A DNA stretch of 47,395 nucleotides from Parasitella parasitica NRRL 2501 (GCA_025201805.1 MU619416.1:1-47395); one strand, 5' to 3'. Counted from the first letter of the stretch, positions 12,661 to 26,215 are shown. Program-made: numbers and translations. Notes: generated from the sequence alone by a model not told the origin.

Positions 12661-13204
12661 ATTTATTAATGTTGAAAAGTGGATAAAAAAAAAACGAAAA
12701 TGTTGCCAAATGTCTTTTTTAAAGCCGCCAAAATAGGCAGTGGTGAAAAATCTTTCCATAGCCGGCTATTCAATAACATCTACGGTACTGCCACCGCATA
12801 GCGTACGCCAGATCAAAATATTGGATGTGTAGACGACCCACAGCAGCCAATGCACAGAAAATGTATCCACTGCGCAAAGAAAGTAAATGTCCCTTAACGT
12901 AGCGACTCGAGGTCAAATGTCCCTGTTATCGGTCATCCGTCATTCTTTGGAGAAATGTACGAGATATTAAATGATTTGAATTAAGGAGGAAATAATTTCA
13001 GGAAAGGGGATATTATTATTATAAAGCCTTTATTCCTGGTATGTGCCTCTCTTCTTTTCTTTTTCTTCTTTTTCTTCATTCATTCAGAAAAAAAGTACAG
13101 CACTTAAACCCCTTACGCTCATTTCAGCTTTTAAGCATCTCGAGCTGTCAATATAAATATAAGCTCATTTTCCCTCCTTTCGCCCCTCCTCTCTTTTATA
13201 GATA

Positions 13205-13234
13205 CATACAAACATACAAACATACAAACATACA
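13205..13234 (+). repeat. (CATACAAA)x3.75 short tandem repeat just upstream of the Bni4-like ATG
   Basis: catacaaa catacaaa catacaaa cataca, 13 nt before the ATG at 13248. A TATA-like tataaata lies at 13152-13159. Confidence 0.85.
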
Positions 13235-13247
13235 TCCTTAATACATT

Positions 13248-14551
13248 ATGGCTTCTACAATGACAGCTTCTCCAGCAACAGACACCATCACCAATACCAT
13301 GAAAATAATGTCATTAGATCATGTAAGTGCATGTACATTTACTGCAAAATATTCCTGCGTATCACAATCATATGAATAATGAAATTTGGAAAACAGGACC
13401 ATGGTGATACTTGTCACTACTATTACCCAGACGACGCAACCAGTGATTCGACAGTAACTGCAACAGCCCAAGATTTATCTCGACATACACGGGAAAAGAC
13501 CAGCAGTGACTGGATGGATGAAATTGAGCATTCTTTTGGATCAGGTTGTAATGATAACAATAGCTACAGCTTGGATGACTTTAGCGCTCGTGAAACCACA
13601 ATTATGCAATCATATCTTGAACCCAACCGCCCTCCTATTGTTCAGCGAACCGCCGCTAAGCAACAGTCCAAGCTCTCTATCATGAAACAAAAGGTGAAGC
13701 GAGTATTCTGTATGTCTCAAACAGGGGAGCAGAAGCAACGGCACACAAACAAGCTTCCGTCGTTGACGCAGTCTCCTTTACCTGTGTTTTCTACTGCTTT
13801 TACTGCTGCTTCCGATTCCAGGTGGAGTCCATCCACCGACTCATCCATTTGTTCTTCTAGCACATTGAGACCACCAGACCAGACCTCTACACATTCCAGC
13901 AATTCAAATGCTTCCTCTTGCAAATCCTTTCGATACCGACATTTAAGTGGCCTTCGTAGCAGCTGTGGTGACATTGGACCTCCCTTGGCATCACCAGCAC
14001 TAACAAAAAGACGTTCAGCAGTGGCCAAGATAAAAAACCGCTTCAGCCGAACTCCATCTCTGGGCACGTTGCCAATTTCCGTCCCTCCTCCGCCCATTAA
14101 AGGAATTTTAAAGATGCAAGCGCCTTCAACAGGAACAACAGCAGCGTCCACAACGGCAAGGCTGCGCTCAACCAGCGCTACTCTTGGGGCTGATTCACAA
14201 AAAGAGCGAAACAGGTGGTCGAATGCAAGGTTTTCTGTTTACAGCAACAACAAGAACCGTTACACTATTTTATCGCTGAAGAATAACAACAACAAAAGGA
14301 AATCACAACCACTGGATCCCAAGTACCAGCACTATGAGAGAAAGGGACGAGTTTTGCGTTTCAATGAAAGTGTAGATGTCGAAGAAACCTACGCTAAAGG
14401 AGACTATGATCGCAGCTCTGACGCTGAAGCTATTTGCACACGATTAAATGCAGCTGTAGCAACACAGATCAAACAGGAATTAAACTACTTTAAACTGCAT
14501 GAGATGGTGGTTCATGACCAAAGCAGAGAAAATACCCACTTCTTTATGTAA
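13248..14551 (+). CDS. Bni4-like protein phosphatase 1 targeting subunit (disordered Ser/Thr-rich body, C-terminal PP1-binding module); exons 13248-13322, 13397-14551
   Basis: KGILK (SILK motif, 14099-14113) and RVLRF (RVxF-like, 14348-14362) are followed by ETYAKGDYDR...CTRLNAAVATQIKQELNYFKLHEMVVHDQSRENTHFF, the Bni4/neurabin-type C-terminus. The GTAAGT...CAG intron is in phase 0. Confidence 0.8.
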
Positions 14552-14909
14552 TAAATTCGTTATTCACAATATTTCGTGCCAACAGTGTACGACATAGATC
14601 GACTGAAATGGCCCCCATTTTGTATATATTAACCGCCTTCAAAATTCCAGTCTCCTTTTTTTTTCATATAAAAGAATATGTATACGCATGTGCCATTAAA
14701 TAAAAGGAGTACATTTTTCTACTACAACGTGCAGCCAGGACAAAATTGGCGCCATTTTGAGATTGCTGTGCTTTCACTCACAACTCATTGAGTCCTCGAA
14801 CAAATCTTTCGCAAAATAAGATGACCAAATACCATAAAGGGCTTCTCATTGACTTTCTTTTTTGATGACCCATCAGCCTTGACAGCAGGTTTTGGAAGCT
14901 GTCCAAACC

Positions 14910-14931
14910 CTCTCTCTCTCTCTCTCTCTCT
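14910..14931. repeat. (CT)11 microsatellite
   Basis: Directly visible. Confidence 0.95.
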
Positions 14932-16587
14932 TTCCGCCCCCCCAAACCTATATCATGGTCGTTATTCCACACAAAAAGGTAGTATGTTTATTTTATGCTG
15001 TATGCTGTACATAACCTTCTCGGTGATTTTCGATTGCTTTTTTGAAGTCTTACATGAGTCAATGTCCAGCTAGTTCGCATAAATCACTCTTGTACATAAA
15101 AAGCCTTGGGTTTTAAGGCTTCTTGTCCACTTCTTTCATTTCATTGATGATCACAATGTATATACTTCTTTACTCCTGAATGTATATATGACACAACGTA
15201 AAGTAAACATACTGCCTCTTTACGTGCAATAATAATCATGGGTTTTTAGTGTTATTTAGAAAATTGTAGCCCAGTATATAATTGAAGCCGTACCGTATAG
15301 ACGTCGTGATGAGGGGAGAAATAAGGCTGTGGATAGTAAGGGATACAACATGATAGAGATGCTGAGAATGAGTTGGGGGAAAGCAACTATTCCTCAATGA
15401 GTGTTTAAGTAGATAGGACACAAAGTCCATAATACAAATAAGGTGGCCGCACTAACGAGGCCACCAGGAATTTACTAGCAATTACCAATGCCTAATAGGC
15501 ACGAATTGTAGGGGGGAAAAAAACAAGAAGGCAAACACAAGCCTACAACTCGCTATTAGGAATAAGAAACCTTTGGAAAAGAAGCAAACGTTACACAGTG
15601 ATCAATACCTGGAGAGAAGATGTAAAGTATTTTCTTGCAACTTTATTTGTCAATATCATTGAAACCTATTAAGCAAGTTGGCTTTGCAAAATAAAACATT
15701 TGTGTGGCATCAAAGTGAGCAACATTTGGCAGTTTTTTCGACTGAAAGTCGACTAAATGTAAGTGTTAATAGATAATCAAACGCAAGTTCATTCACAAAG
15801 TACTGTGACATTAATACCTAAAATAGCAATTTACGTTCAAGACCGAGCACACTCGGCCATTCTCGACTAATATAGTAGAATCTGATTTTTTCCATCAAGC
15901 GTCTTTAGCTGTAAATAACTGTCTTGCGCTGTTCTAAGCTCTTAGATTGATCCGCAAGGCTAGACATACGTCTTGAAAACTTAAGAATACAAAAATTTTA
16001 GCGTTGGTTTTAAGAGTATTTTTACAAGCATATCGGCGATTACAAGCTTGGTACTTATTTTTTTGGACATTTTATAACACCCAGCTCATGATGATGTTGT
16101 TTGTTACTCAAAAAAGCGAGATTCTCTTGTGGAAAGCTTAAGCTCATTAGCCATGAAATCAAACTATCAAAGTGCAATAGCACACTCTAGCATGTTGTAT
16201 ATACTTTTTAACAAGTGCTTATGTTTGAAGTATGATATGTCTTTCAGCAATAGTGTGTATTAGTTACATATGAACCATATAACGAGGGCAAGCATATAAC
16301 CTGATATGGGAATTCTCAGTGTGGATAGTCAACTAACCTCAAATATGCGAATTAGGCGAACACGCAGTACGAGTAGATTTAAAAAAAAAAAAAGAAAAAA
16401 GAAAAAGCACGAGGGATTTACAAACGCGCTGGCACTGGTGGAAGTATTGCTTTATCATTAGATTTATACAAGTTCAGGAATAGTGCAAAAAAGAAAGAAA
16501 GAATAAAAAGAGAAATGCACAGACACTTTATGTATGTATGATGTATGTACATGTACAAACTGTTCATTTCAATATTCTTAGTATGTG

Positions 16588-16611
16588 TATATATATATAT
16601 ATATATATATA
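16588..16611. repeat. (TA)12 microsatellite
   Basis: Directly visible. Confidence 0.95.
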
Positions 16612-17618
16612 ACAAGTATAGTATTGTTGGTTTTCATTCATATGATCATTTGTGTATATATTTGATTGTTCATATTATCATTTTCACATTCCATATTATT
16701 TACTGATCATAGGGCTTATTGTTATGTATACATGTATTAATGACACTAATAAACAATCAGTTATGCTTTTTTCGTCTCATACACTTGCTATTTCAATACA
16801 CTACCGTTTGAAACAGGGGTTTAATACAGCAGAAACGTTTTCCAGCACCAAGTATTCGCTAGAAATGCTATGAAATGCGTTGATCAGGGCAGTAATAGAG
16901 TTACATGCGCTTTGTGACGTTACGAGCAAAACATGAAACCTGTACCTATGTTTCTTGTCTCGGTATCAACCAAGATCAATGATATGTTTAGTTTCAGTGG
17001 AGTGGCCTCGAAAGAACAAACACCGGAGAATGGAACAGATTTGATCTAATGATAAAACGGCCAAAATGATGCGAACTTTGGTCAGGGAGCTTATTTTACA
17101 AATTTGGCTTGGATGTTCATACTGTTTATATTGCGATTTCATAGTTTTTATTTGATTTTCAATAAATAAAGTTACTTATAACGAGTTGGAAAGCGTCATA
17201 TAGACTTTTTTGGGGGGGGGGAGAGGTCTTTTTTTTTTTCGCTGGATCTGTATAGGTGTGGTATGTGTGTGATTGTGTGTGTGATTTTAGATTTTTTTTT
17301 TAAATAATACAAGATAAAGAGATGTACATATAATCAAGAAGAAAAGAATAATATCATAATACAAGGATAGAACTTTTGCGAGTTTTTGGTATTTTGATTG
17401 TTGTTATAGTTTTGTGCGTGTGTGGGGTTACAATGAGAGGATAGGGGGGAGATGTAATATACAAAGAAAATGAAGGGTATGTGTGTCAAGAAAGAATAAT
17501 ACAAATATTACATAAATAACAATAAATAAAGGAATAGTACAAAAGGATATGGAAAGGGTTAAATTACAAATTTTCGTATGTTTTGGTGTATGGAACTGTA
17601 GTATGTAGCGAAATGATG

Positions 17619-19168
17619 TTAAACTGAAAGGCGGGCTGCCGAGTGCTTTTTGATCAAGAGTTGCTTTTTGCTACGAACAAGTCTTTCCAGCCAGATTCTG
17701 CATTTCCTTCTGCCAAACTCAGACTCTGGACAATCCTCAATTTTCAATCCATGGTTGGTCCGTGCATTGATATCACAATGAGGAAGTGACGCGATAAACT
17801 GGAGAGATTGCCATAATCCAAGGGCTGCTGTATAGTGAAGACAAGTCCAGCCTTAGGGCAGATAGTTAGTTATGATGATTTTATAGAGGGGGGGGGGAGC
17901 AGGTACTCACCATCATTGTCACTGTAATTGATGTCGATTTTATCACATAAATAAGGCACCAAATGTTCATGTCCGTGCATCAAAGTAATATGCAACAGCG
18001 ACCTATTTTGTACGTCTCGAATAGAACTCAAATCCAGATCTTGCTCAAGACACTCTTCCATTTCGTCCTTGTCACCGCGAATACAGGCATCCATCAAAAT
18101 GGTCTCAGGGTTAAACTGAACCTTCTTTTGTTTCCGTAACACAGTTTTGCCCTGGTCGCCGTCGCTGTTGTCATTGTTGTTGTTATCGCCGTCGCCGTTA
18201 ACCTGTTGTTGTTTATTGTCATTTGCGCTAATACTATGGTCACCAATCGCAGCTGCTGTCTTGGTATGACGAGGGAAACATCCTGGTCTTTCGATCGCTA
18301 GCAAATCACGCTGCTGCAGTACCTTTTCCTCAATGACTCTTTCGATAGAAGAGTCAACGTGGGGAATAGGCGAGGTGGGTGGGGTCCAGCAGTGGTGGTC
18401 AAACGACGAGAGCGACGAAGAGGAGGATGTAGACGACGAAAATGACAGCGGGGACATGATGGGAGCTCGCATTTCTTCTTGCAAAATGTACTGGTCTGTT
18501 GCCTGAAGCGGACGTATCAATCTTTCCGCCTTTTTGAGTAAAAGCGACGAAGGAGGCGATGAAGGTGAACACTCTGTGGTTTGCTGCTGCAATTGAGTGA
18601 TGACTTCAGGATGGGTAGCACAATCGATGGGTCTGAGTTGACGGTTGTTTTGTGTGGCAGGGTCTGCCCCCATCTCCAGCATCAGTCGCACAATCTTGGA
18701 CATGCCCCAAAAAGCAGCCAAATGCAAAGCTGTATTGCCTTTTACTTTTCCCCACTGATGGTTGAGAAACTGCTGGCATTGGGCCGGGGTGGCATTTTGC
18801 TTCAATGCTTGCAAGATGATAAAAGCAATATGGTCGTGCTTTTGCAACAGGGCAAGCTCAAGCGCGTTCAAGTCTGTGGCTGATATTTTCCCGAATCTCT
18901 CATTCAAGCGAGTGTCGAATTTCATTGTGTTTTTGTAGACAAGAGGGTTGTTTGATAGGCGACATGTTAGAATAACACGGATGAGATGAGGCAGTTTTTC
19001 TTGGTTACTGAACAGTTTGCGAAATTCGTCTCGCTGGTCCGTGTTGACGAGCGATTGAATGGTTTTCCACAGGCGAGAGGGAGAACAACAACTTGCAGAT
19101 GTGCACGGTTTCGTTGATGCATGTTGAGTTTTAGGTGATACCATGGCGGCTACTGCAATTGTAGACAT
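17619..19168 (-). CDS. Ankyrin-repeat protein with RVxF motif, MYPT/PPP1R12-like putative PP1 regulatory subunit; 2 exons (intron ~17910-17853)
   Basis: Ankyrin motifs GNTALHLAAFWG, ADPATQNNRQLRPIDCA, RSLLHITLMHGH and the spliced DNDGWTCLHYTAALG. KKVQF (18113-18127) directly precedes LMDACIRGD, as KVKF...LAACSSGD does in MYPT1. Exon 2 ends ...SAARLSV* at 17619. Confidence 0.82.
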
Positions 19169-22100
19169 GATTTTTTTTTAGGTTTTTTTTAGGTTTTTAT
19201 TATTGTTTGATCCGATTAAATTATGTTTGAAAAAAAAAAGAAAAAGGAGGAAAGGATGTTGGTATTTAACCCTAACGAAGAGAGGAAGAAAAAGTAAAGA
19301 GGAAGAAAGAGACAAAAATTCTCTGCATTGCCTTAAACTGATTGTTTAAATTATGAAAAAACTGAACAGACCACATGTTCAAGTTATTTTCATTCCGGTT
19401 TCCGTTGTCATACAAAAAGTGTGAAAAATGGCTACGTTGCTTTATATAATCTATAACATTGAAGGGTGGCTCATTCTTCACCGCTAAGACGCGTTTCTAT
19501 TGTACGTGCGCAAATGTGTAGAATGAGTATGCTATCAAACGATACCTGTTTCAAGTTTCGCTTTGGCATGTGCATAAGCCAATACTGTGCCTTCGAGATG
19601 CTCTGATAGATCAAGAATCTCTGTGAGGTGTCTATATAACCAGCTTGTATTCATTAACTTTGCCAAGTATATTGATCATGTTACTTGAATTAGTGGGCTT
19701 GTTTGTATATATAAAAAAAGGTTCCAGGAGAATGCCATAATAGGGGTTCTAATAGAGATCCATAATTTTCGTGAATCAATTAAATACGCATCATCTATAA
19801 AAGCCAACCTCCTAGATGTATGCGCAAACAGATCTATTAATTGACTGTTTCAAACTTTACAAGATAGCAATGATTTTCATAGTGCACATCTCTCTCCCTC
19901 TGTATATGATTATCAAAGCAAATAAAAGCAATTGTATCACACTGCAAGTATAAATACTACTATTATGTGTAATCTCAAGATGCGATGAAACCTTGGAAAA
20001 AAAAAAAAAAAAAAGAGCCTATTCAAATGTAGATATCCCGAGAATAAGGGTACGTGTAATAATAACAACGGGCACTGTCGTTGTTGACGATAAAGCTTTA
20101 TTTACCTTGCATCTTTTTATACACACCCAGAATTTCCATCCTCGGCTCGACAATTTACCCACGGATTTGATCTAAAGCCTTACAATTGCGAATAATTGAT
20201 CGAACTTGACAAGCAGTGCTTCAAACTATTGCTAAAAATGTAATTTAGGGTGATATACAGCAAGAAAAAAAAAAAAAAAAAAGTGTTCATTTACAAGACA
20301 TGGTATTTTGCTTTTTGTATCAAATTCGTTGATATTGGGCGAATTTTATTTTGAAAGGCAATGCCTTGTACCATGAAAAACCGAAAGATATCGCAAACCC
20401 CGTTTATTGTGGTTTATGGTGTAATTAATGCAAAACCGCCAAAGATGGTCGAGTCAACAAAAGATCAAAGAATCACCCTCCTGGATCACTTTTAACTTCC
20501 GGTTTGCTCAGGCAAAGCTGCAATTTAGTCTAAATATTGACAATTAAAACATTAATAGCTATATAAATACAATTGAGCATATATTGACATTACAATAAAT
20601 AATTTTTAATGAGCCATAATAATGATATACATGAATTTATTGGAAATTCAATAATGCACCAAAGCGAGGATTGTAATACAGACTTGTGATATGTTTCGCG
20701 AAATGTGTCATTTTAACTGAAGGTACCTTGAATCATGACTTTCTTGATCATTTAATATTGCGTATCAAACTGGAGTCATGGGTGAGGATCCTCCAGTCTG
20801 CTGTTTTTTTCTCGTATTCGATACTTTTGTACGAGAGGTACAGGTTAAAATTGAAATTTGGACTTTCTGGTAACTGTACCAGAACAAAGATGCCTCTTTG
20901 TAGCACGTACTCGCTTTTGTATGTAGTCTTAATTTTTATTACACATATATCCAAACATTATCACTGTTCAGTAAACAATTTTTTTTTAAACAAGTAATGA
21001 CGCTGAGATACTGCACAATATGTGAAAACGATTTTGCTGATATGCGAGATGAACAAAAACATGAAACTCTAGATTCCAAAGTGGAAAGATTGTAATAATA
21101 AAAAATACTTGCCTATACCACAACAACAGCAAGGTACACCGGTGTAACGATCGCTTTCTCCATTTTCAGTACTCTCAAGAAAACACAAATATTTATCTGT
21201 AAATAATACACATCACTGGAATATAGAATGCAGACTACAAAAGAAAGAAAAGTCCGGTTAATCCGATTGATTATATTTTGTATTTTGATAGTGAAAATAA
21301 GAATGATCTTTATTTATTATAGTTCAGAAATAAATAAACAGTTGAAAAATTATAGATTGTCATTTCCCAAAAGACGTATGAAAATAATCGCATTGCGTTT
21401 CAAACGCTTTCAAAAAGTTTAGTTTATATACAAAGGCTTGCCTTGGGGCAAAAATGAAATTCAGGGGCAAGAAACGGCCTGTGGTTTATAAAATTCAATG
21501 TACAATGGAATCGTACCCCCGACAGAAGTATAGAACTACGTGTGTTATATGTCCATCGTATATCAACGCCATGTAGACTAATCAAGTGCAAATATAATTG
21601 GTTGCTAGGCAGCCAGCTGTCAAAATTTGGTACCTGGTTACTGCCAATGTAAGGCTGGTTCCTGGTTGCTGGGGTCCTCGCTTTTCTCACCTGACTTGAA
21701 TCAGTGTATGTAGAGCTGAACAAAAAAATCTTTTACTGTATTACTGTTGATTATCAGTGGTTCTTTTAGGAGCCATCTCAATTATGCAAGATCTCTATGC
21801 TCGACAATCAACACATAGGCTAAACAGGATCATCCGTTATAGACATCTTTCAGGCCGTCTTTTGGGGCCCCTTTGCTCCCTACTGCCTAATCAACATCGC
21901 TTTGGGCAAAACCATGTATCCGCAAGACTAGATAATGAGCAACCAAATTAAACTTAATGACGTACAGGCCAATCAGCAAAGCCTTGGCAAATGCGCCCCG
22001 AAGGGCAATTATATCCATTTCTAATCGTTCAACGAAAACAACTCACTAGCCGGTTGTCCATTTTGGAGTTAATTACTTTTTCTCTCTTTTTCTCTTTCTT

Positions 22101-22259
22101 CTTCCCTATCTCTATCTCTCAATCTCTCTGTACATATATTTGTATCTATCATTTCTTTTTCTTTTTTTTTTCTAGGGTTAAAATTGAAGAGATTATTAAA
22201 CGTTGACTCTACATCATATCATATATCCTACCCTACACATCAAAAAATAGAAATACTTT

Positions 22260-23696
22260 ATGGCTACAGCTGAAGAGCACAAAATGTCTACAGATAGCTT
22301 TGTAGATCCAAACTTTGAGCAACAATCCTCACATAAAATATTCGAATCAGCTCGAGAGCAAAAGGCAGAGACTAGATTTAATTTCTGGTTAAATTCACCC
22401 AATTCAGTATTTTTGATTCTGTTATCAATATTTGAAGCCATTGTAGTTATTTCATTAGAGGCAGTCATTTTCGCAAAATTTTACAATACAGAGTAAGGAC
22501 TTGATATCATAATTTGTTATACATGACAACAATATCGTATTTATACGTACTAAATCTCCTCCTCTTATCTCCTTGTGCTTATTCCCCTTATTCTCACTCT
22601 CCTTAATTATCAAGGTTTTCAGAAAAAAACCTAGGGCTAGGTATACCTGTATACTTGATGATTTTTATCTTTTCACAGATATTTCAAGTTTTAATCGCCT
22701 GGGATGCTGTAAGTGAATGTATATCCTTTAGAATATGTGATTGATAAGCAAAATTTGACACAGGTTCGTGCTCAAAATACAATCCAAGTGATTGCATTTC
22801 TGCTATTCAACCTTTGCTGTTTTGTATACGCAGTATTTCAATTTAAACAAATTGGAGATGCATTGGACTCTCGAAACCCTTATTTGGAACAATTAGCGAC
22901 ATCTTTAACGTTTTTAATTAACAGATTGTTGATTGTTATCGCTGTTATCATTGGTGTTTGTCAATTGATTTACTGTTATATTGGTGCACGATTATATCAG
23001 GAATTCGGTTGGAAGATTTACAAGAAAATTGGAGCAGATCCAGAGATAAGAAACATGTATAGATGGTATCAGATCATCTTGACCATTCTCAAGATCGATT
23101 TCTTCTTTTTCTTGGGCTATTCAATTCAGTATCTTGTGTTGGTCCTAAGGTCAGGAGATTATGAATTTGCTCTGACCATTGTTGCTATACCCTTGACATG
23201 TCTATTTTTATTGTTAGCTGTCTATTCAGTAAGTGACATATTTTGATCTCGCTTTTTAACATGTCATTCATGCTTGAGATAGATTCAACATGAATCCAGA
23301 TGGTTAATGGGGTTGTTCTTCATCGGAATGTTTGCTGGCATTGCTTACTTTATATTCAAGATTTATCGTATTTATGATCCGTCACAAATTGAGAAGTACA
23401 CGTACGTTAAAGAATTCTTGACTTTCTTTGGTGAGTGAAATGAACCTTGTTTGCATTTTATTATTACTTACCCTATCATTTTAGCGAGTGTATCGTTGGC
23501 TTTAGTTGTTTTGACTATTATCAATGCCTTCATCTGCTTTCTTAATTTTGGCCGAGGTCTTAAACCACATTGTAAGTTCTGGCTATTTATCATAAGGACT
23601 ACAATATGCTAATTATATTGTGTGTTAGTGAAATCCTCTCACGAAAGATCTTCAATGCCTCAACATCTGGCCGAACGAACTCTTTCTTTGGATTAA
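22260..23696 (+). CDS. Multi-pass membrane protein, UPF0658 Golgi membrane protein-like; 6 exons
   Basis: Several hydrophobic helices. NTIQVI, LYQEFGWKIYKKIGAD, LKIDFFFFLGYSIQYLVL and NFGRGLKPHL are typical of this fungal family. Canonical GT-AG introns; the protein ends ...ERTLSLD* at 23696. Confidence 0.8.
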
Positions 23697-23891
23697 ACGC
23701 ACCCCGCCGCCACTTATTACCCTTCACCCTCAATAACACGAGCTGGATTCGTTATGATTTTTTTTTTTTGCTATTGCATTTATTGTATTATTATTTGGGT
23801 TTGTATTTTCCAATCTCACTCACTTCCAACATATGTATATATATAAATATATATATAAATTTATTATCAAAAAAAAAAAAAGGTATTGTGA

Positions 23892-25255
23892 TTATGACCA
23901 AACATTCCAATTTGCTTTCTTCTTTTCATCATCTTTGACATGTTTCAACCACACCGGGAGGCAAGTGTCGTAATTCCTATCATGATCAATGCTTTTTTCG
24001 TTCGTGCCTTGAGGACATTCACATCTACAACTTAACCCACTTTCCTTCGAAGGGCAGTGTCTATAAAGATCATGCTGATATCCAATATCTTCAAAATAAT
24101 GCACCTCATCGGTTTTCAAGAACAATCCTGCTGCCAAAGAATGAACTATACTGAATGATCAGTAGATAGACAAAAAAAACTCTCGCCAAAAAACAAACCT
24201 GGTGCATCTCCCCATCTTTCATAAAAGAAGTTGCCTGTCTGATCCAGATAATTAAAGAAATCACGGTATTGAGGGGTTCTCCACAAATTTAATGAAGCAA
24301 TTTCGAAATTAGACCAAAAATGACACAAATTAAAGTCACCCGAATTCTTGTCTCGAAAGTAAGGGAACAAAAGCTTGCTGTTTTCTGATATATCAATGCG
24401 TCTCGATCTAGCATAATCCTCAACTGTTTTCCATAAAGTAGGAATTGTGTCTCGCAATTCGAGCAATGTGACAACAAAGCCATATTTCTTTTTGTATTTC
24501 TCCATATAGAGGAACGGGTCGTATGTGATATCACAAAAGAATCGAACACCTGGTTCTACACGCCAGTACCATTCATATCTACCGTGTATTAGTAATGGGT
24601 CTACATCAAAATGTTTATCAACTTACTCGTCTAACAAGGGATGATCAAAAAAGAATCCAGACTGATATCTACACATATGATGGTAACTTTCCAAACCTCC
24701 AAAGAGAACGCCACTATCATCCATATTCTTTCTGGACTGCGCTGCTTTGGCTTGATCAATCCAACTAGGATAGCTCCATTGATTTTCAGGCACCAAGCCG
24801 AACTTCATAGTTGCTTCTGGTGCTGCGTTTCTCATTGCGCTCTTGAATTCCTCTGTGAAAAGCTCTTCATTCAAAAATACATAAGGGTAGTTGAAGTTTT
24901 TGTTAAATTTATCTTGAAAATTCACGATTGTCTCTGCAATAGCTTGTTGTTCTCTATTCAGACGGATTTTATTTTTCAGATATTAGCAGCTGTATAAAGT
25001 ATTATCACACGATACCTACTTGTTTCTGACCAGAATAACCATAGCAGCCTTTGCTTTTTTAGTTGGTGGCTTCTTCGTCAAGAGCTTCTGTGGAAGGCAA
25101 GCTCTCTCGTCGTAATCCGTATAGTAAGCATTTGCTTGCATGGTTTTCGAGACTTTGGGATGACTAGCAATATTGTAAAGAAATACAAACACGGTAAAAA
25201 AGACAATGATGAGAACAGGCTTCCTAGAAACCGATAGTATTGGAAATGCTGGCAT
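23892..25255 (-). CDS. Glycosyltransferase family 15 alpha-1,2-mannosyltransferase (KRE2/MNT1/KTR family); 4 exons
   Basis: Type II signal anchor; KAAMVILVRN, FNKNFNYPYVFLN, ESYHHMCRYQSGFFF, WYWRVEP, CDITYDPF, FNLCHFWSNFEIA, FFYERWGDAPVHS, FEDIGYQH. Confidence 0.95.
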
Positions 25256-25906
25256 ATTTAGTTGTTAAAAGGAGAAAGAGAAGAAAAGGCGGGGTGAGAA
25301 AGATAAGAGCTCCTATGGATGGTCAAAAAATCAATTGGCTTAACGCCTAAATCAAGTTGCAAATGAAGGATTTGGAAAATGGGTTCATGCGTTTTTGTTA
25401 TGGATGGTGTCATGAAAGCAAGTGGCAATCAAATATATCATTTGAAACAAGGATTTTATGCTGTAAACTGTTTGAAGAAGACAATTTCTACTCCTTCTCT
25501 TATCCTCCATATAGCCACGGTACAATAATCGCCAAGTCATTCTTGGTGGGCAATAAATGATTTTAATAAAATATTATATATTTATAGGTCTTTAAAGTAC
25601 AGAAATAAGCTAGTTATTAAATGCGAATTACTCGGAAATACTTCTTTAATTGTTTGAATATCTGAACCTCGATAACAAGAAAAAAAAAAGATAAAAGATG
25701 TGTAAAAGGACGAGTCTGTTTGCATTTTTGACATCACTAACAATTTTAGCTTGCAAATGTTCAAGCGTATCTTTAGTAAAAATTCCTCGACTTTTTATTA
25801 AACGCCTATAAACTTTCATAATCAATAAATCAATAATCAGACCTTTCAATATCGCCGTACTCTGTAATATTTTATATAACTTCAAACTCTATTCTCACTG
25901 GGAAAC

Positions 25907-26215
25907 GTACATGATGTGTGTCAAATTCTTAACCGGAAGTCAAACTCAAGTAAACTCAATCCTGAACACAATCCAGGAACACATCTCAATGGATCATTCT
26001 CCCTATTTAAACTCAACATGACATGTTCATGGACAGTAGATACAACCTATTGCCCCATTCTCTTAATCACACCATGTCTCACACTTATACCTCGTCTCCC
26101 ATCAGTTCACTTAGATTTATTAGTATAAGAATCATCATATTTTCCATGTAGTAAACCAGATCTTTACCTGATTAATTCACAACCGTTTTATTTGAATAAT
26201 TCTCATTTTGATAAA
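25907..26215 (+). repeat. Repeat family A, copy 1 (uninterrupted)
   Basis: Aligns with 27888-28585 once the solo LTR is removed (aaccggaagtcaaactcaag...acaatccaggaac...ctttacctgattaattcaca..cgttttatttgaataat). Confidence 0.85.

Noticed and set aside
1878-14151. Antisense ORFs overlapping ETT1, ADE4, TRS130, the cullin and the Bni4-like gene
   Set aside because: Shadow ORFs of real coding exons with no independent protein features.
19267-19276. TAACCCTAAC, a possible telomerase RNA template or telomeric seed (also CTAACCCT near 36400)
   Set aside because: Short enough to occur by chance or as a promoter site; no supporting structure seen, and this organism's telomere repeat is unknown.
22720-22728. 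ATATCCTTT resembling a U12-type 5' splice site
   Set aside because: It lies inside an ordinary GT-AG intron that already keeps the frame, and no U12 branch site was found.
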